Below, piece by piece: positions 16,394 through 25,004 of a stretch of 36,969 bases of DNA. The notes beneath the pieces are model-generated. The model made no database searches and had not been told where the DNA came from. It saw only the letters and a list, made by a program, of their open reading frames with translations. How positions within the stretch are numbered: position 1 is the first letter of the stretch; every line of letters starts with the position of its first letter. Location of the stretch: positions 1 through 36,969 of IMG/VR virus record IMGVR_UViG_3300005144_000044; one strand, 5' to 3'. The position numbers and the translations under genes are program-made. The DNA is from a virus (Duplodnaviria; Caudoviricetes).

Positions 16394-18985
16394 CTATAGA
16401 ACCAATAGGCCCCTTTCGTCATATACAGATCCAGAACGATCACCATTGTGTCTGAGTGCACGATCCAGTGCCATGATCGTTGCCACCGCCCCGTCGATCT
16501 TCTCGGTTGATTTTTCCTTGTCCGGCTTGATGTTTCCCGCCGGGTCCGTCTTGATGAAGATGTTGTCCATGCACCAGCGCAGAACTGGATGACCACCATG
16601 GGCAAGCTTTTGCTCCAATGTCAGCTTCATCAGCTCCTTGGTTGGTGGCGACATGTCCTTAAATCCCTGGCCGAAAGGCACAACGGTGAAGCCCAAGCCT
16701 TCCAGATTCTGGGTCATTTGCACCGCACCCCAGCGGTCAAAGGCGATTTCCTTGATGTTGAATTTGGTTCCGAGCTCATCGATGAAGGTTTCGATAAACC
16801 CGTAATGGACCACATTGCCTTCTGTAGTCAGAAGAAATCCCTGCTTCTCCCAAAGATCGTATTGTACATGGTCCCGACGAACCCTCAGATCAATGTTATC
16901 TTCCGGGATCCAGAAGAACGGAACGATTTGGTACTTGTCAATTTCATCCAAAGGTGGAAAGACCAGAACGAACGCCGTGATGTCGGTAGTAGACGATAGA
17001 TCGAGCCCGCCATAACAGATTCGACCTTCCAGATCAGCCATGCTCACCGGAAACGCGCAGGCATCCCATTTTGCCATCGGCATCCAGCGGATGGATTGCT
17101 TGACCCATTGGTTTAACCGAAGCTGCCTGAAGCTGTTTTCTTCAGCAGGGTTTTGTTTGGCCGATTCACAGGCGGCTTTGACTTTATCGACAGCTACCGT
17201 AATACCCAGACTGGGATTGGCTTTCTTCCAGACTTTGGGATCCGTCCAATCATCCTCCTCTTTGGCACCAAAAATTACTGGATAGAAAGTTGGATCAGAT
17301 TTTCTGCCTTCCAGGATATCCAGTGCCTTTTGGTGCGTTTCATAGCAAATGCTGTTGGTATCCGATCCAGCCGTTGTGATCAGGAAGTACAATGGCTGGG
17401 TCCTGGCATCACCGGAACCTTTGGTCATGACATCAAAGAGCTTGCGGTTCGGCTGAGTATGCAGTTCGTCGAATACCACACCATGAATGTTGAAGCCATG
17501 CTTTGAATACGCCTCGGCAGACAATACCTGATAAAAGCTGTTGGTCGGCAGGTAGATAATCCGTTTTGTTGAAGCCAGGATTTTCACTCGACGGGATAAT
17601 GCCGGGCACATCCGCACCATGTCGGCAGCAACTTCAAACACAATGGAGGCTTGCTGCCGATCTGCAGCACAACCATAAACCTCTGCACGTTCTTCCTTAT
17701 CGCCGCAGGTGAGAAGTAACGCAACAGCTGCAGCCAATTCGCTATTGTGGGTGGGCACCATACTGCGTCCAGCCAGGTATATCCGTGATGGGCTATCTAC
17801 CTGAATGCACCGCATAGGTGTTTTATCCACTGGAACGATATCCTGAAGATAATGAAAGTGCGATCTTGACCGCGCATTTCTGACGATCGCATTGGCATTT
17901 TTTCTGGGTAAACCAGAATATTGGGTATCTAGAAAAGCTGTGTAGCGGATTGTGTAGATGGTTTCGCCGGTGGGGATGTTATGTCGCTTTGATGGCGATG
18001 CGATCATGTTATTTTTGATCCCCAATGACCAGAGTAGTTCACTGACCGACATCGCCAAAGCCTTGACTGTCGAGCAATAGGTGGCTTGACCTTTTGATGG
18101 GCTGATGCAGCCATCTGAGTCCATAAGACCTTGCAATAATCTGCGGCGTTGCGATTCGGACGCACGAAGGAAAATCGGGTCGATATCCTTGTCTCTGAAT
18201 GACTTGACAAGAAAAGGTTTCAGTTCTTTGATACGCAAAACCACACTGTCGCCAGTATTTTTCCAGGAGGCGGAAATGGGGTAGGGGATGTTTCCAGTCA
18301 CCTGTTCCAGATCACAGGTCCGAATGGTGATTTCAGGTTTGGTGGAATTGCCATTGCCCAACCAGAAACCATACAGATATGGATCCAGTGGTAGTTCCTG
18401 TTCTTCGGTTTTTAAAGCATTCGCAACCGGTATCCGAAAAGTGAAAGCATCATTCTCGCGTCGAGGCATCCGATACAGTTCGCCGGTTGTTCGAATTACC
18501 CTGCGCTGTTTCCCCCTGGTGTAATCTCCCGCCCACTGGTGGCGTTCGCCCGCGACGATGGATGATCCGTCCCGGAAGATCAGACGATAGGCTTGTTCCG
18601 AATCATCTATTTCACTTAATGCCAACACTCGGCACGGTGTGCCAGTTTCATCGAATACCTGATCGCCGACCTGGAGTTCACCCATCTGTTTCCAGCCCGA
18701 CGGGGTTGGGATAGGGGTGTCCAAGGCAAGTTGCTTACCCATTTTTTTTGGGATCTCGACATATGCGGTATTGAACTGACGAAATCCATTCGGTTTCAGA
18801 GCCCCAAACACATCTCGGACAATTTGCTCCTGCCAATCGATCAGCTCGAAAGGCTTACCCGCCCAACTGCCCTTGGTATGAGAAAGCGCTTCGATAAATT
18901 TGACCGCATAATCGGCTGCGGCCTTGTCATAGGTACTACCCTCAGCAAGAAAGGGAGTTGGCTTGTACTTTTTTAACTTGCGCAT
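16394..18985 (-). CDS. terL: Terminase large subunit containing an intein
   Basis: Walker A PKKMGK|S split by insert; VVFDELH Walker B; ITTAG; GGLDLS and KIDGAVA nuclease motifs. Confidence 0.95.
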   Translation of the reverse strand: MRKLKKYKPTPFLAEGSTYDKAAADYAVKFIEALSHTKGSWAGKPFELIDWQEQIVRDVFGALKPNGFRQFNTAYVEIPKKMGKQLALDTPIPTPSGWKQMGELQVGDQVFDETGTPCRVLALSEIDDSEQAYRLIFRDGSSIVAGERHQWAGDYTRGKQRRVIRTTGELYRMPRRENDAFTFRIPVANALKTEEQELPLDPYLYGFWLGNGNSTKPEITIRTCDLEQVTGNIPYPISASWKNTGDSVVLRIKELKPFLVKSFRDKDIDPIFLRASESQRRRLLQGLMDSDGCISPSKGQATYCSTVKALAMSVSELLWSLGIKNNMIASPSKRHNIPTGETIYTIRYTAFLDTQYSGLPRKNANAIVRNARSRSHFHYLQDIVPVDKTPMRCIQVDSPSRIYLAGRSMVPTHNSELAAAVALLLTCGDKEERAEVYGCAADRQQASIVFEVAADMVRMCPALSRRVKILASTKRIIYLPTNSFYQVLSAEAYSKHGFNIHGVVFDELHTQPNRKLFDVMTKGSGDARTQPLYFLITTAGSDTNSICYETHQKALDILEGRKSDPTFYPVIFGAKEEDDWTDPKVWKKANPSLGITVAVDKVKAACESAKQNPAEENSFRQLRLNQWVKQSIRWMPMAKWDACAFPVSMADLEGRICYGGLDLSSTTDITAFVLVFPPLDEIDKYQIVPFFWIPEDNIDLRVRRDHVQYDLWEKQGFLLTTEGNVVHYGFIETFIDELGTKFNIKEIAFDRWGAVQMTQNLEGLGFTVVPFGQGFKDMSPPTKELMKLTLEQKLAHGGHPVLRWCMDNIFIKTDPAGNIKPDKEKSTEKIDGAVATIMALDRALRHNGDRSGSVYDERGLLVL
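17744..18733 (-). mobile_element. Class 3 intein (330 aa) with LAGLIDADG endonuclease domain
   Basis: Starts Q-LALDTPIPT; block B ERHQW; YGFWLGNG and LQGLMDSDG; block F MRCIQV; ends PTHN followed by extein Ser. Confidence 0.92.
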
Positions 18986-19020
18986 CAGATTTTCCTCCCC
19001 CTTTCTGGAAATATGGGCAT

Positions 19021-19049
19021 AAAAAAAGAGCCTCCGATTCGAAGCTCTT
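19021..19049 (-). terminator. Intrinsic terminator upstream of terL
   Basis: AAGAGCUUCGAAUCGGAGGCUCUUUUUUU hairpin plus U-tract. Confidence 0.7.
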
Positions 19050-19327
19050 CATCAGCAGCTGTCAAATATGTCGTCCGGTTCATCTAGTACGTCGATGAAA
19101 CTTTGGCCATTTCACATACATTTCACTTCGCTTTCAAATTGCCATAACAGGCACCATGTATATTTAACTTGTGAGCAGCAAATGCTCTTCAGATATCACC
19201 ATTGGGTGAAGCAGCAGAATCCGCAGCGAAATTATGCGAGCGGGTTTTTTGTTGTTTTGGGACTAAGATTAATCATTCACTGATATTTCACATATCTGTC
19301 GAATACGCTTCACAACTCTGAATTAGA

Positions 19328-19366
19328 CTAAAAACAGAGCAAGAACAGAGCAACGACTTTCTTCAT
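19328..19366 (-). pseudogene. Truncated signal-peptide ORF MKKVVALFLLCF*
   Basis: Strong GGAGGAGGAG SD and ATG, stop after 12 codons; no clear coding continuation downstream. Confidence 0.4.
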
Positions 19367-19384
19367 ACTTCTCCTCCTCCTCCA

Positions 19385-19418
19385 ACAACAAGACCTCGCA
19401 GTGGTGAGCGGGGTCTTG
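19385..19418 (-). terminator. Hairpin after the 70-aa gene
   Basis: AAGACCCCGC..GCGAGGUCUU followed by GUUGUU. Confidence 0.5.
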
Positions 19419-19426
19419 TTTTGTTC

Positions 19427-19639
19427 TCAGTTGAATTTTTTGAGGATTTCATCAAGAACCGCTTTAACCTCTGGGGTCTGGGGTTTAATGTCCCACCCGC
19501 GATCGTAGTTGACCAGTATCCTACCGTCTTTGCGAATCTCAACTTTTGATACCCGGCCTTCATCAATGCCGAACTCTGAGCCATTTTCAAAATACTTCAC
19601 AGCGTATTCAAACCCGTCGATTTTTCCGTTTGTCCACAT
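19427..19639 (-). CDS. Conserved small phage protein (70 aa)
   Basis: GGAGG SD; S.FGID.GR.SK and NYDRGWD motifs recurrent in Clostridia phage accessory cassettes. Confidence 0.75.
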   Translation of the reverse strand: MWTNGKIDGFEYAVKYFENGSEFGIDEGRVSKVEIRKDGRILVNYDRGWDIKPQTPEVKAVLDEILKKFN

Positions 19640-19664
19640 GGTGCTGTCCTCCGCTTTTTGTTAT

Positions 19665-19703
19665 GTTCATCTATCACTCTGGACGGAGGTAATAGCAAGT
19701 CAA
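19665..19703 (-). promoter_or_regulatory. Cassette promoter, copy 1 (GACTTGCTATT..GAGTGAT..ATG)
   Basis: Repeated at 20871-20908; contains TTGCTA -35-like element. Confidence 0.6.
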
Positions 19704-19722
19704 TTCTGTGTGTTTCCGGGTC

Positions 19723-19899
19723 CTATGGCATCCCCGTGCGGATGAAATGGCAGTAGGATTTTCGATCAGTATCAATGAAGTCAATCAGCTCGAAATAGCT
19801 CATTTCAAAGGCGAGTCGCTGCACAACGGGTAAGTCAAACATATTCGTTCTGCCCGTCACTCGAATTGCGAGTATCTGTTCCTTCACCTTGTCAGTCAT
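19723..19899 (-). CDS. DUF5049-like protein (58 aa; not in ORF track)
   Basis: MTDKVKEQILAIRVTGRTNMFD...YCHFIRTG; GAGGAG SD; ATGA overlap with upstream gene. Confidence 0.8.
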   Translation of the reverse strand: MTDKVKEQILAIRVTGRTNMFDLPVVQRLAFEMSYFELIDFIDTDRKSYCHFIRTGMP

Positions 19900-20135
19900 A
19901 GCTGATCTCCTCTCAAGCGTTTCACAGCATCAACGCCATACACCACACCAAGGGTTGATTTGTTGTCCCAGGTGCAAAAAATCGTTCCGCTGTCATCCAC
20001 AAAATCTACGGTTCCCAGATCCCCTGGACGTAGCTTTGAAAAGGGGTCATCCATATGCACAAACTCAATTCGGCACCCCTGAGGATACTGCTCTCTGAGT
20101 CGCTTGACGGTTTCCTTGGAAGGAAAACTATTCAT
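19896..20135 (-). CDS. DUF4314 family protein
   Basis: YP.G.RI...MDDP..L.PG..GTV.FVDD.GTI...WDN motif. Confidence 0.82.
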   Translation of the reverse strand: MNSFPSKETVKRLREQYPQGCRIEFVHMDDPFSKLRPGDLGTVDFVDDSGTIFCTWDNKSTLGVVYGVDAVKRLRGDQL

Positions 20136-20841
20136 GGGTCACCTCGGGCTGCATCTTCGCAAAAGCTGAGTTTCCAGACAGGTTTCGAAGCAGGATTTTT
20201 CTGGCGGCTTTGTATTCATCGCCCACGAAGCCAAGTCGGATGAGAAATACCCGAAAGGTGAACTTCTCGTTTTCGACCTGCTTCTCCCGAGCTGTCACAC
20301 GCTTTTGCAATTTGGCAGCTGCGCATAGTGCGCCAATGAAGCGAGCATACGCAGCCACCTCATCCCCTGGCGTACCAAATGCGAACCAAGGAAACTGCAA
20401 CGTCGCATCCGTCCGTACGACCGGGAGTTCATCCGCACCAATCGCCTTTTTAATCAGGCTGGCTTTGCTGGCGATGAGCTTTTCCAGGTTGGCGATGCTC
20501 TCTTCAGTGAAACCTTCCAGCGGCATTTCAATAATCAACTTATCCGAAGCAATTGGGTAAGCCGTATCAGTAATGGATCCCAAAATTCCAAGCCCACTTT
20601 CATAGGTATCGGGTTCGTCATACTCGCGTTCTTCGGCGTTGAAGCCCTTCTGGTGCAGAGCATCTTCCAAATCCAAATTGTCAGGACCAGAAACTGTGCC
20701 GTTTTTGTCGATGTGGTAGCCACCTACTTTGAAAGCTGCTGTTGGCATTCCGAGGTATTTGGTAGGGGCATTCAATTCCTGACTGATCGCCGCTACCAAT
20801 GCTTTTCGTTCTGAGCCTTTCAGATTGTAATGAAGTTTCAT
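20128..20841 (-). CDS. Conserved phage protein (often annotated virulence-related)
   Basis: ERKALV, YLGMPT, FPWF, ENEKFTFRVFLIRLGF, LSGNSAF motifs. Confidence 0.75.
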   Translation of the reverse strand: MKLHYNLKGSERKALVAAISQELNAPTKYLGMPTAAFKVGGYHIDKNGTVSGPDNLDLEDALHQKGFNAEEREYDEPDTYESGLGILGSITDTAYPIASDKLIIEMPLEGFTEESIANLEKLIASKASLIKKAIGADELPVVRTDATLQFPWFAFGTPGDEVAAYARFIGALCAAAKLQKRVTAREKQVENEKFTFRVFLIRLGFVGDEYKAARKILLRNLSGNSAFAKMQPEVTHE

Positions 20842-20870
20842 TATGTGTACCTCCCATGTTTATTTGGTTA

Positions 20871-20908
20871 GTACATTCATCACTCGGGAGGCAATGAATA
20901 GCAAGTCA
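20871..20908 (-). promoter_or_regulatory. Cassette promoter, copy 2
   Basis: GACTTGCTATTCATTGCCTCCCGAGTGATGAATG, just upstream of GGGAGG SD. Confidence 0.6.
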
Positions 20909-20975
20909 TATGTGTTGATAAATTGATCTAACCATTTGCATAAGCTAAACCATGTGACAAACAGTTTGTATTCTG

Positions 20976-21599
20976 TCATTTTGAAATTGAGCAGCTTTCT
21001 TGTTTTATTGAGCTGCCAGCCAATAAAAAAGCATCCGTATTCGGATGCCAATTGTAGCGAGTTAAAATTTTTAAACATCGCGCATATATAATCATTTTTA
21101 ACTCGTCTGGTAATTCGGGAACTCCATTGTTGGGCCTGGCAAAATCCCCGAAAATTAGTTCGGCTGCATAGTTGTATGCAGCCGCTCCGATCGTTTCGGT
21201 TTTGAATGTCCCAAGATGAATATGCTTGTTATTGTATTTCAGACGTGCTTCCCAGACTGTTTTGCCTTTGCGCTGAAAAACACCTTTATACCTTGAGGTG
21301 CAGGGAACGTCAGGCTTTTTTCTATTGAAAGCATTCATTTGCACACTGGCTATTCTGAGATTGCTACGGCGATTATCAAGGCCGTTGCCGTTGATGTGGT
21401 CCACTTGAACCCGATCAGAAGCGCCGAGAATTTGGCGATGCATTTGTACAGTTCTCTTTTCCCCAGTCCCGCTTCGGCCTTTTCTGACTGCATAACTTGC
21501 TCCAATTGGATTCAGTGACCAGTTGTATTGGCTTAAGCTGGGATAGTCAACATCATCGACAAGGACAACTGCTTCACGAGTAATTTGTATTAGATTCAA
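20976..21599 (-). CDS. HNH-AP2 homing endonuclease
   Basis: MHRQI, VDHINGNGLDNRRSNLR (HNH); SRYKGV..WEARL..HLGTF..AAAYN (AP2); TTG start after GGAGG. Confidence 0.88.
   Translation of the reverse strand: MNLIQITREAVVLVDDVDYPSLSQYNWSLNPIGASYAVRKGRSGTGEKRTVQMHRQILGASDRVQVDHINGNGLDNRRSNLRIASVQMNAFNRKKPDVPCTSRYKGVFQRKGKTVWEARLKYNNKHIHLGTFKTETIGAAAYNYAAELIFGDFARPNNGVPELPDELKMIIYARCLKILTRYNWHPNTDAFLLAGSSIKQESCSISK
21025..21048 (-). terminator. Intrinsic terminator inside the 3' end of the HNH-AP2 ORF
   Basis: GCAUCCG-AAUA-CGGAUGC-UUUUUU. Confidence 0.65.
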
Positions 21600-21603
21600 T
21601 TGA

Positions 21604-22842
21604 TTATCCCTCCACGAAAACGTCCTTATATGCGAGCGTCTTACCACCACGTTCAACATAAACGCTTTCTGGGTCGGTGCTCGCTTCAAGATATCTTCGA
21701 ACAATTACGCTGGCATACTTTGGGTCAAGTTCTAGGATGTGACAGATCCTGCCTGTTTGCTCACATGCGATTAATGTACTGCCTGAACCGCCAAATGGAT
21801 CCAATACGATCCCATTCTCCTGAGAAGAATTACTAATGGGGTATCCGATCAAAGGGATACTTTTCATCGTCGGATGAAGCTCGGATTTTTTTGGCCGAGG
21901 GAATTCCCAAACGGTTGTCTGCTTCCTATCGTTGTACCATTTGTGTTTCGCGGTATCTTTGAAAGCATAGATAACAGGCTCGTGGCGCATTTGGTAATCC
22001 ATGCGGCCAAGGACTAAAGTGTCTTTGACCCAGATGCAGGTTGTAGAATAATGAAATCCGGCTGAAACGACGGCGTTATAGAAATTCACCTTCTCAGCAT
22101 CCGAATGAAAACAATAAAAAGCCCCGCCGTCAGCGAGGTTTTCGTAAATGTTTTTGAATGCACTCAGAAGAAACTTGTAAAATTCCTCTGACTGCATCTT
22201 ATCGTTCATGATCTTCATGCCACTGCCACCACTATAGTCACAGTTGTATGGCGGATCAGTCACACAAAGATTTGCTTTCTTCCCAGTCATTAATGTCTCA
22301 ATGTCTTTGGCGTTTGTTGCATCGCCGCATAACAACCTGTGTCGACCGAGGATCCATAAGTCTCCCGGTTGTGCGATCAATGGCTTTTCTGCTGCCTTGT
22401 CTACATCAAACTCATCATCTTTGACATCGTCCATACTGCCCAATATCTTATTGAGCTCTGCATCACCAAAGCCAATAAGAGTGAGGTCAAAGCTTTCTCC
22501 CTGCAAATCAGATAATTCCACTGTGAGCATTTCTTCATCCCAACCCGCATTCAAGGCAAGCCGGTTGTCGGCTAGGATATACGCTCGTTTTTGAGCGTCG
22601 GTCAGGTGCTCGGCAAATACACATGGAACTTCGGTGATACCCTCTTCCTTGGCGGCTAGGATTCGGCCGTGCCCGGCGATGATGTTGAGGTCCTTATCTA
22701 CAATGACCGGATTTACAAACCCAAATTCACGCAAAGACGCCCGCAGCTGCAAGATCTGATCCTTGCTATGGGTGCGGGCGTTCCTGGCATATGGGACAAG
22801 GCGATCAATATTTACTTTTTCAAACCGCTCGGTTGTTTGCAT
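21604..22842 (-). CDS. ParB-like N-domain plus N6/N4 DNA methyltransferase (beta class)
   Basis: YARNARTH, IIAGHGR, LADNRL; TDPPY; HPTMK; LDPFGGSGST. Confidence 0.92.
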   Translation of the reverse strand: MQTTERFEKVNIDRLVPYARNARTHSKDQILQLRASLREFGFVNPVIVDKDLNIIAGHGRILAAKEEGITEVPCVFAEHLTDAQKRAYILADNRLALNAGWDEEMLTVELSDLQGESFDLTLIGFGDAELNKILGSMDDVKDDEFDVDKAAEKPLIAQPGDLWILGRHRLLCGDATNAKDIETLMTGKKANLCVTDPPYNCDYSGGSGMKIMNDKMQSEEFYKFLLSAFKNIYENLADGGAFYCFHSDAEKVNFYNAVVSAGFHYSTTCIWVKDTLVLGRMDYQMRHEPVIYAFKDTAKHKWYNDRKQTTVWEFPRPKKSELHPTMKSIPLIGYPISNSSQENGIVLDPFGGSGSTLIACEQTGRICHILELDPKYASVIVRRYLEASTDPESVYVERGGKTLAYKDVFVEG

Positions 22843-23026
22843 GTATAGAAACCATCCTTTCAAGACCTTTTTGAGCACCTACCAAATCCCCGGCAAGCGC
22901 TTGTCCTCGTAGGACCTTAATTTGTTGCGAGGTCAATTGGTAGCGTGTTAAATTTCGAATGAAATCGTTAATTTCATTCTGATAAGATCCGGGCATAACC
23001 TTTTTTAAAGAAAATTGTTTCATCAT
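22820..23026 (-). CDS. Conserved small phage protein
   Basis: LT.QQIK.LRGQALAGD..GA.KGL motif; overlaps TerS stop. Confidence 0.65.
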   Translation of the reverse strand: MMKQFSLKKVMPGSYQNEINDFIRNLTRYQLTSQQIKVLRGQALAGDLVGAQKGLERMVSIHANNRAV

Positions 23027-23598
23027 TACCTCCGACCTGATAGCAGGGCTTCCATGAGGTCGTCCTGCGGATTACCTACAAACGATGTAGTGCAGTTCTG
23101 TTTGACGATATCGAAGATCTCGTACCATAGCAGGTTTGCTTGCTTTTGGAATGACTGGCTCATCTGTACAAATGGACTGGCAATGGCTCCGCCGGTTGTC
23201 GGGTGCCGACCAAGCAGGCCGTACAAGCTGATCGCTTCTTCACATTGGATGTATCGGGTAAATGCTTGGGCATATGCTTCGATGAGTCTCGGATTGATGA
23301 ATTTTTCGCAGCCACGTTCTTTGAGCCAACCCCAGGTTTCAATGAACATTTTATCTGCACCAAGGGGCTTACCATCTTTTTGCCTGGCACTGAGATAGTC
23401 ACTGGGTGTCGGCATGTCCTCGCCAAAAAGATCGACGGCACCATCGAGATCATCGGCCTCTAATATTGATTCAGGTTGCAGATCTGGAATCTCAAGTATT
23501 TTTGCGGCTCTGCCCCTTGTGACTTTATCCGCAAGGGCATGTGGTTTGTCACCAGCGCGAACTCGCCTGCCACCCCGATTTGTTCCGTCTTTTGCCAC
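23026..23598 (-). CDS. terS: Terminase small subunit (P27-like)
   Basis: MAKDGTNRGG.R..AG, RYIQCEEA, HPTTG..IASPFV motifs; follows HNH. Confidence 0.85.
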   Translation of the reverse strand: MAKDGTNRGGRRVRAGDKPHALADKVTRGRAAKILEIPDLQPESILEADDLDGAVDLFGEDMPTPSDYLSARQKDGKPLGADKMFIETWGWLKERGCEKFINPRLIEAYAQAFTRYIQCEEAISLYGLLGRHPTTGGAIASPFVQMSQSFQKQANLLWYEIFDIVKQNCTTSFVGNPQDDLMEALLSGRR

Positions 23599-23624
23599 AC
23601 TGTCACCTCCAATTATATTTGTGA

Positions 23625-23730
23625 GGGGTTAATCCCCCGTTTGAACCGTAGATTTTACACACGACACTCCACGCCCGAAAGGATGTCATTACATCCTGAC
23701 TAATATGACCGCCCTAGGGGTGGTCAGGTG
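23625..23730. other. Probable packaging initiation (cos) region
   Basis: Non-coding gap between HNH and TerS with inverted repeats (TGACC..GGTCA; AGGATGT..ACATCCT; GGGGTTAATCCCC). Confidence 0.5.
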
Positions 23731-23742
23731 CACATTTGATAC

Positions 23743-24117
23743 CTAACCTCGACGGCGGTCCTTCCTTGACCATCGACCACCTTCGCGTGCGGTGATCGTC
23801 GAGTGGCAGGAGGTACACAGACTCATCAAGTTGGATTCATCGTGGGTACCACCATCGCGAAGCGGAAGGATATGATGAACTTCCTCGGCAGCGACCAGCT
23901 TGCCATCTTTCTCGCACTGTTCACACAGCGGGTGCTCGTGGATGTACCTGTCACGGATCCGTTTCCAAGTCCGGCCGTATCGTTTTCTGGTTGCAGGATC
24001 CCGGTCGTATTTTTCATAACGCCTGGCTTCCTGCTTGGCATGTTCTTCACAAAACCGATCTGACGTCAGAAGGGGACAGCCAGGGTGAGAACAAGGTGTT
24101 TTGGGTTTCATTGGCAA
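23743..24117 (-). CDS. Terminase-associated HNH endonuclease
   Basis: C.HPGC, PLCEQC, EVHHILPL..GGTHD..NLMSLC..CH. Confidence 0.92.
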   Translation of the reverse strand: MPMKPKTPCSHPGCPLLTSDRFCEEHAKQEARRYEKYDRDPATRKRYGRTWKRIRDRYIHEHPLCEQCEKDGKLVAAEEVHHILPLRDGGTHDESNLMSLCTSCHSTITAREGGRWSRKDRRRG

Positions 24118-24141
24118 TGAAATCACCTCCTGATTGCATAG

Positions 24142-24245
24142 AAAAAGCCACCGAGGTGTTTACCGCGATGGCTCTCTGGGATCTATTCTGCTGAGTTTAT
24201 CTTACCAAATGGATTGTTCTGACAAAAAGTGACGTTTGCTGACAT
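24142..24245 (-). promoter_or_regulatory. Late-type promoter/terminator unit B
   Basis: GTCA x3 at 10-bp spacing, TGgTAAGAT -10, then GAGCC hairpin and U-tract. Confidence 0.6.
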
Positions 24246-24341
24246 GATTCAGTGCCGGGAAGATAATCTACTATGAACTGGAACATCATGATGTGATAGA
24301 TATCGCTCTGATACAAATTTTGCACCAGATCAAATACTTTC

Positions 24342-24878
24342 CTATTTCTCGATATCATATCCGGCATCAACCCAGGCTGAGTAATTTCCCTCAAGCCGAT
24401 AAACTGTTTCAAATCCCGCATCAATAAGTTTCTGAGCACCTGCTATAGATGCACTGTCAACGTGGCAGTAAACCAAATAGGGTTTGCTTTTATCTAGTGT
24501 CGGGATAGCATTGTCTAACGAGCCATCACCTACATAATAATTGATGGCACCGGGCAGATGGCCATCGGCATAACGGGGAGACACATCGATGATGATCAGA
24601 TCAGGGGTGCTGTCGATCAACGCCTTTGCGTCTGCAGGAGACAAGTCTTTGTATGAAGTCATCAAAGCTTCTTTGGTGGTAGCTGATGGTGCCATCGTGG
24701 TTGTTGCCATCGTGGTTTCAGCCATCATTGTAGTTTCAGCCATCATTGTGGTTTCAGCCATCGCTGTGGTTGTTCCAGCCGTCGTTGTTGCCATTGATTC
24801 CGTGGCGGCCGGAGCGCATCCTGTAAGTGCTAATGCAATCAAGGAGACTAAGGATATCAGCAAAAATAAATTCTTCAT
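24342..24878 (-). CDS. Rhodanese-domain lipoprotein (moron)
   Basis: Lipobox LTGC; Thr/Met/Ala linker; IIDVS, GHLPGAIN, LVYC(HVDSAS), LEGNYSAW. Confidence 0.88.
   Translation of the reverse strand: MKNLFLLISLVSLIALALTGCAPAATESMATTTAGTTTAMAETTMMAETTMMAETTMATTTMAPSATTKEALMTSYKDLSPADAKALIDSTPDLIIIDVSPRYADGHLPGAINYYVGDGSLDNAIPTLDKSKPYLVYCHVDSASIAGAQKLIDAGFETVYRLEGNYSAWVDAGYDIEK
24691..24770 (-). repeat. Coding tandem repeat (MAETTM-like, 15-18 bp units)
   Basis: GTTTCAGCCATC x3 at 18-bp period plus degenerate copies. Confidence 0.85.
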
Positions 24879-25004
24879 AAGCTATTCCTCGCTTTCGGTG
24901 ATAACCATTCTCATGTCGTGCTCTCATTATATGACGGATAGCCGTTTGCCAAAGTGCCTTCAGTTACGTGATGCTATAACTTGTTGATCTTAGAATTTTG
25001 TATC

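Noticed and set aside
20976-22842. Restriction-modification pair (methylase plus HNH)
   Set aside because: ParB-methylases are common orphan genes next to terminases and HNH-AP2 proteins are typical homing endonucleases; nothing indicates shared specificity.
24197-24439. 80-aa ORF as remnant of a second late activator
   Set aside because: Overlaps the rhodanese gene and shows no convincing HTH similarity in the frames read.
24915-24925. AGAGCACGA shared with 34832-34840
   Set aside because: A single 9-mer match is plausible by chance in 37 kb.
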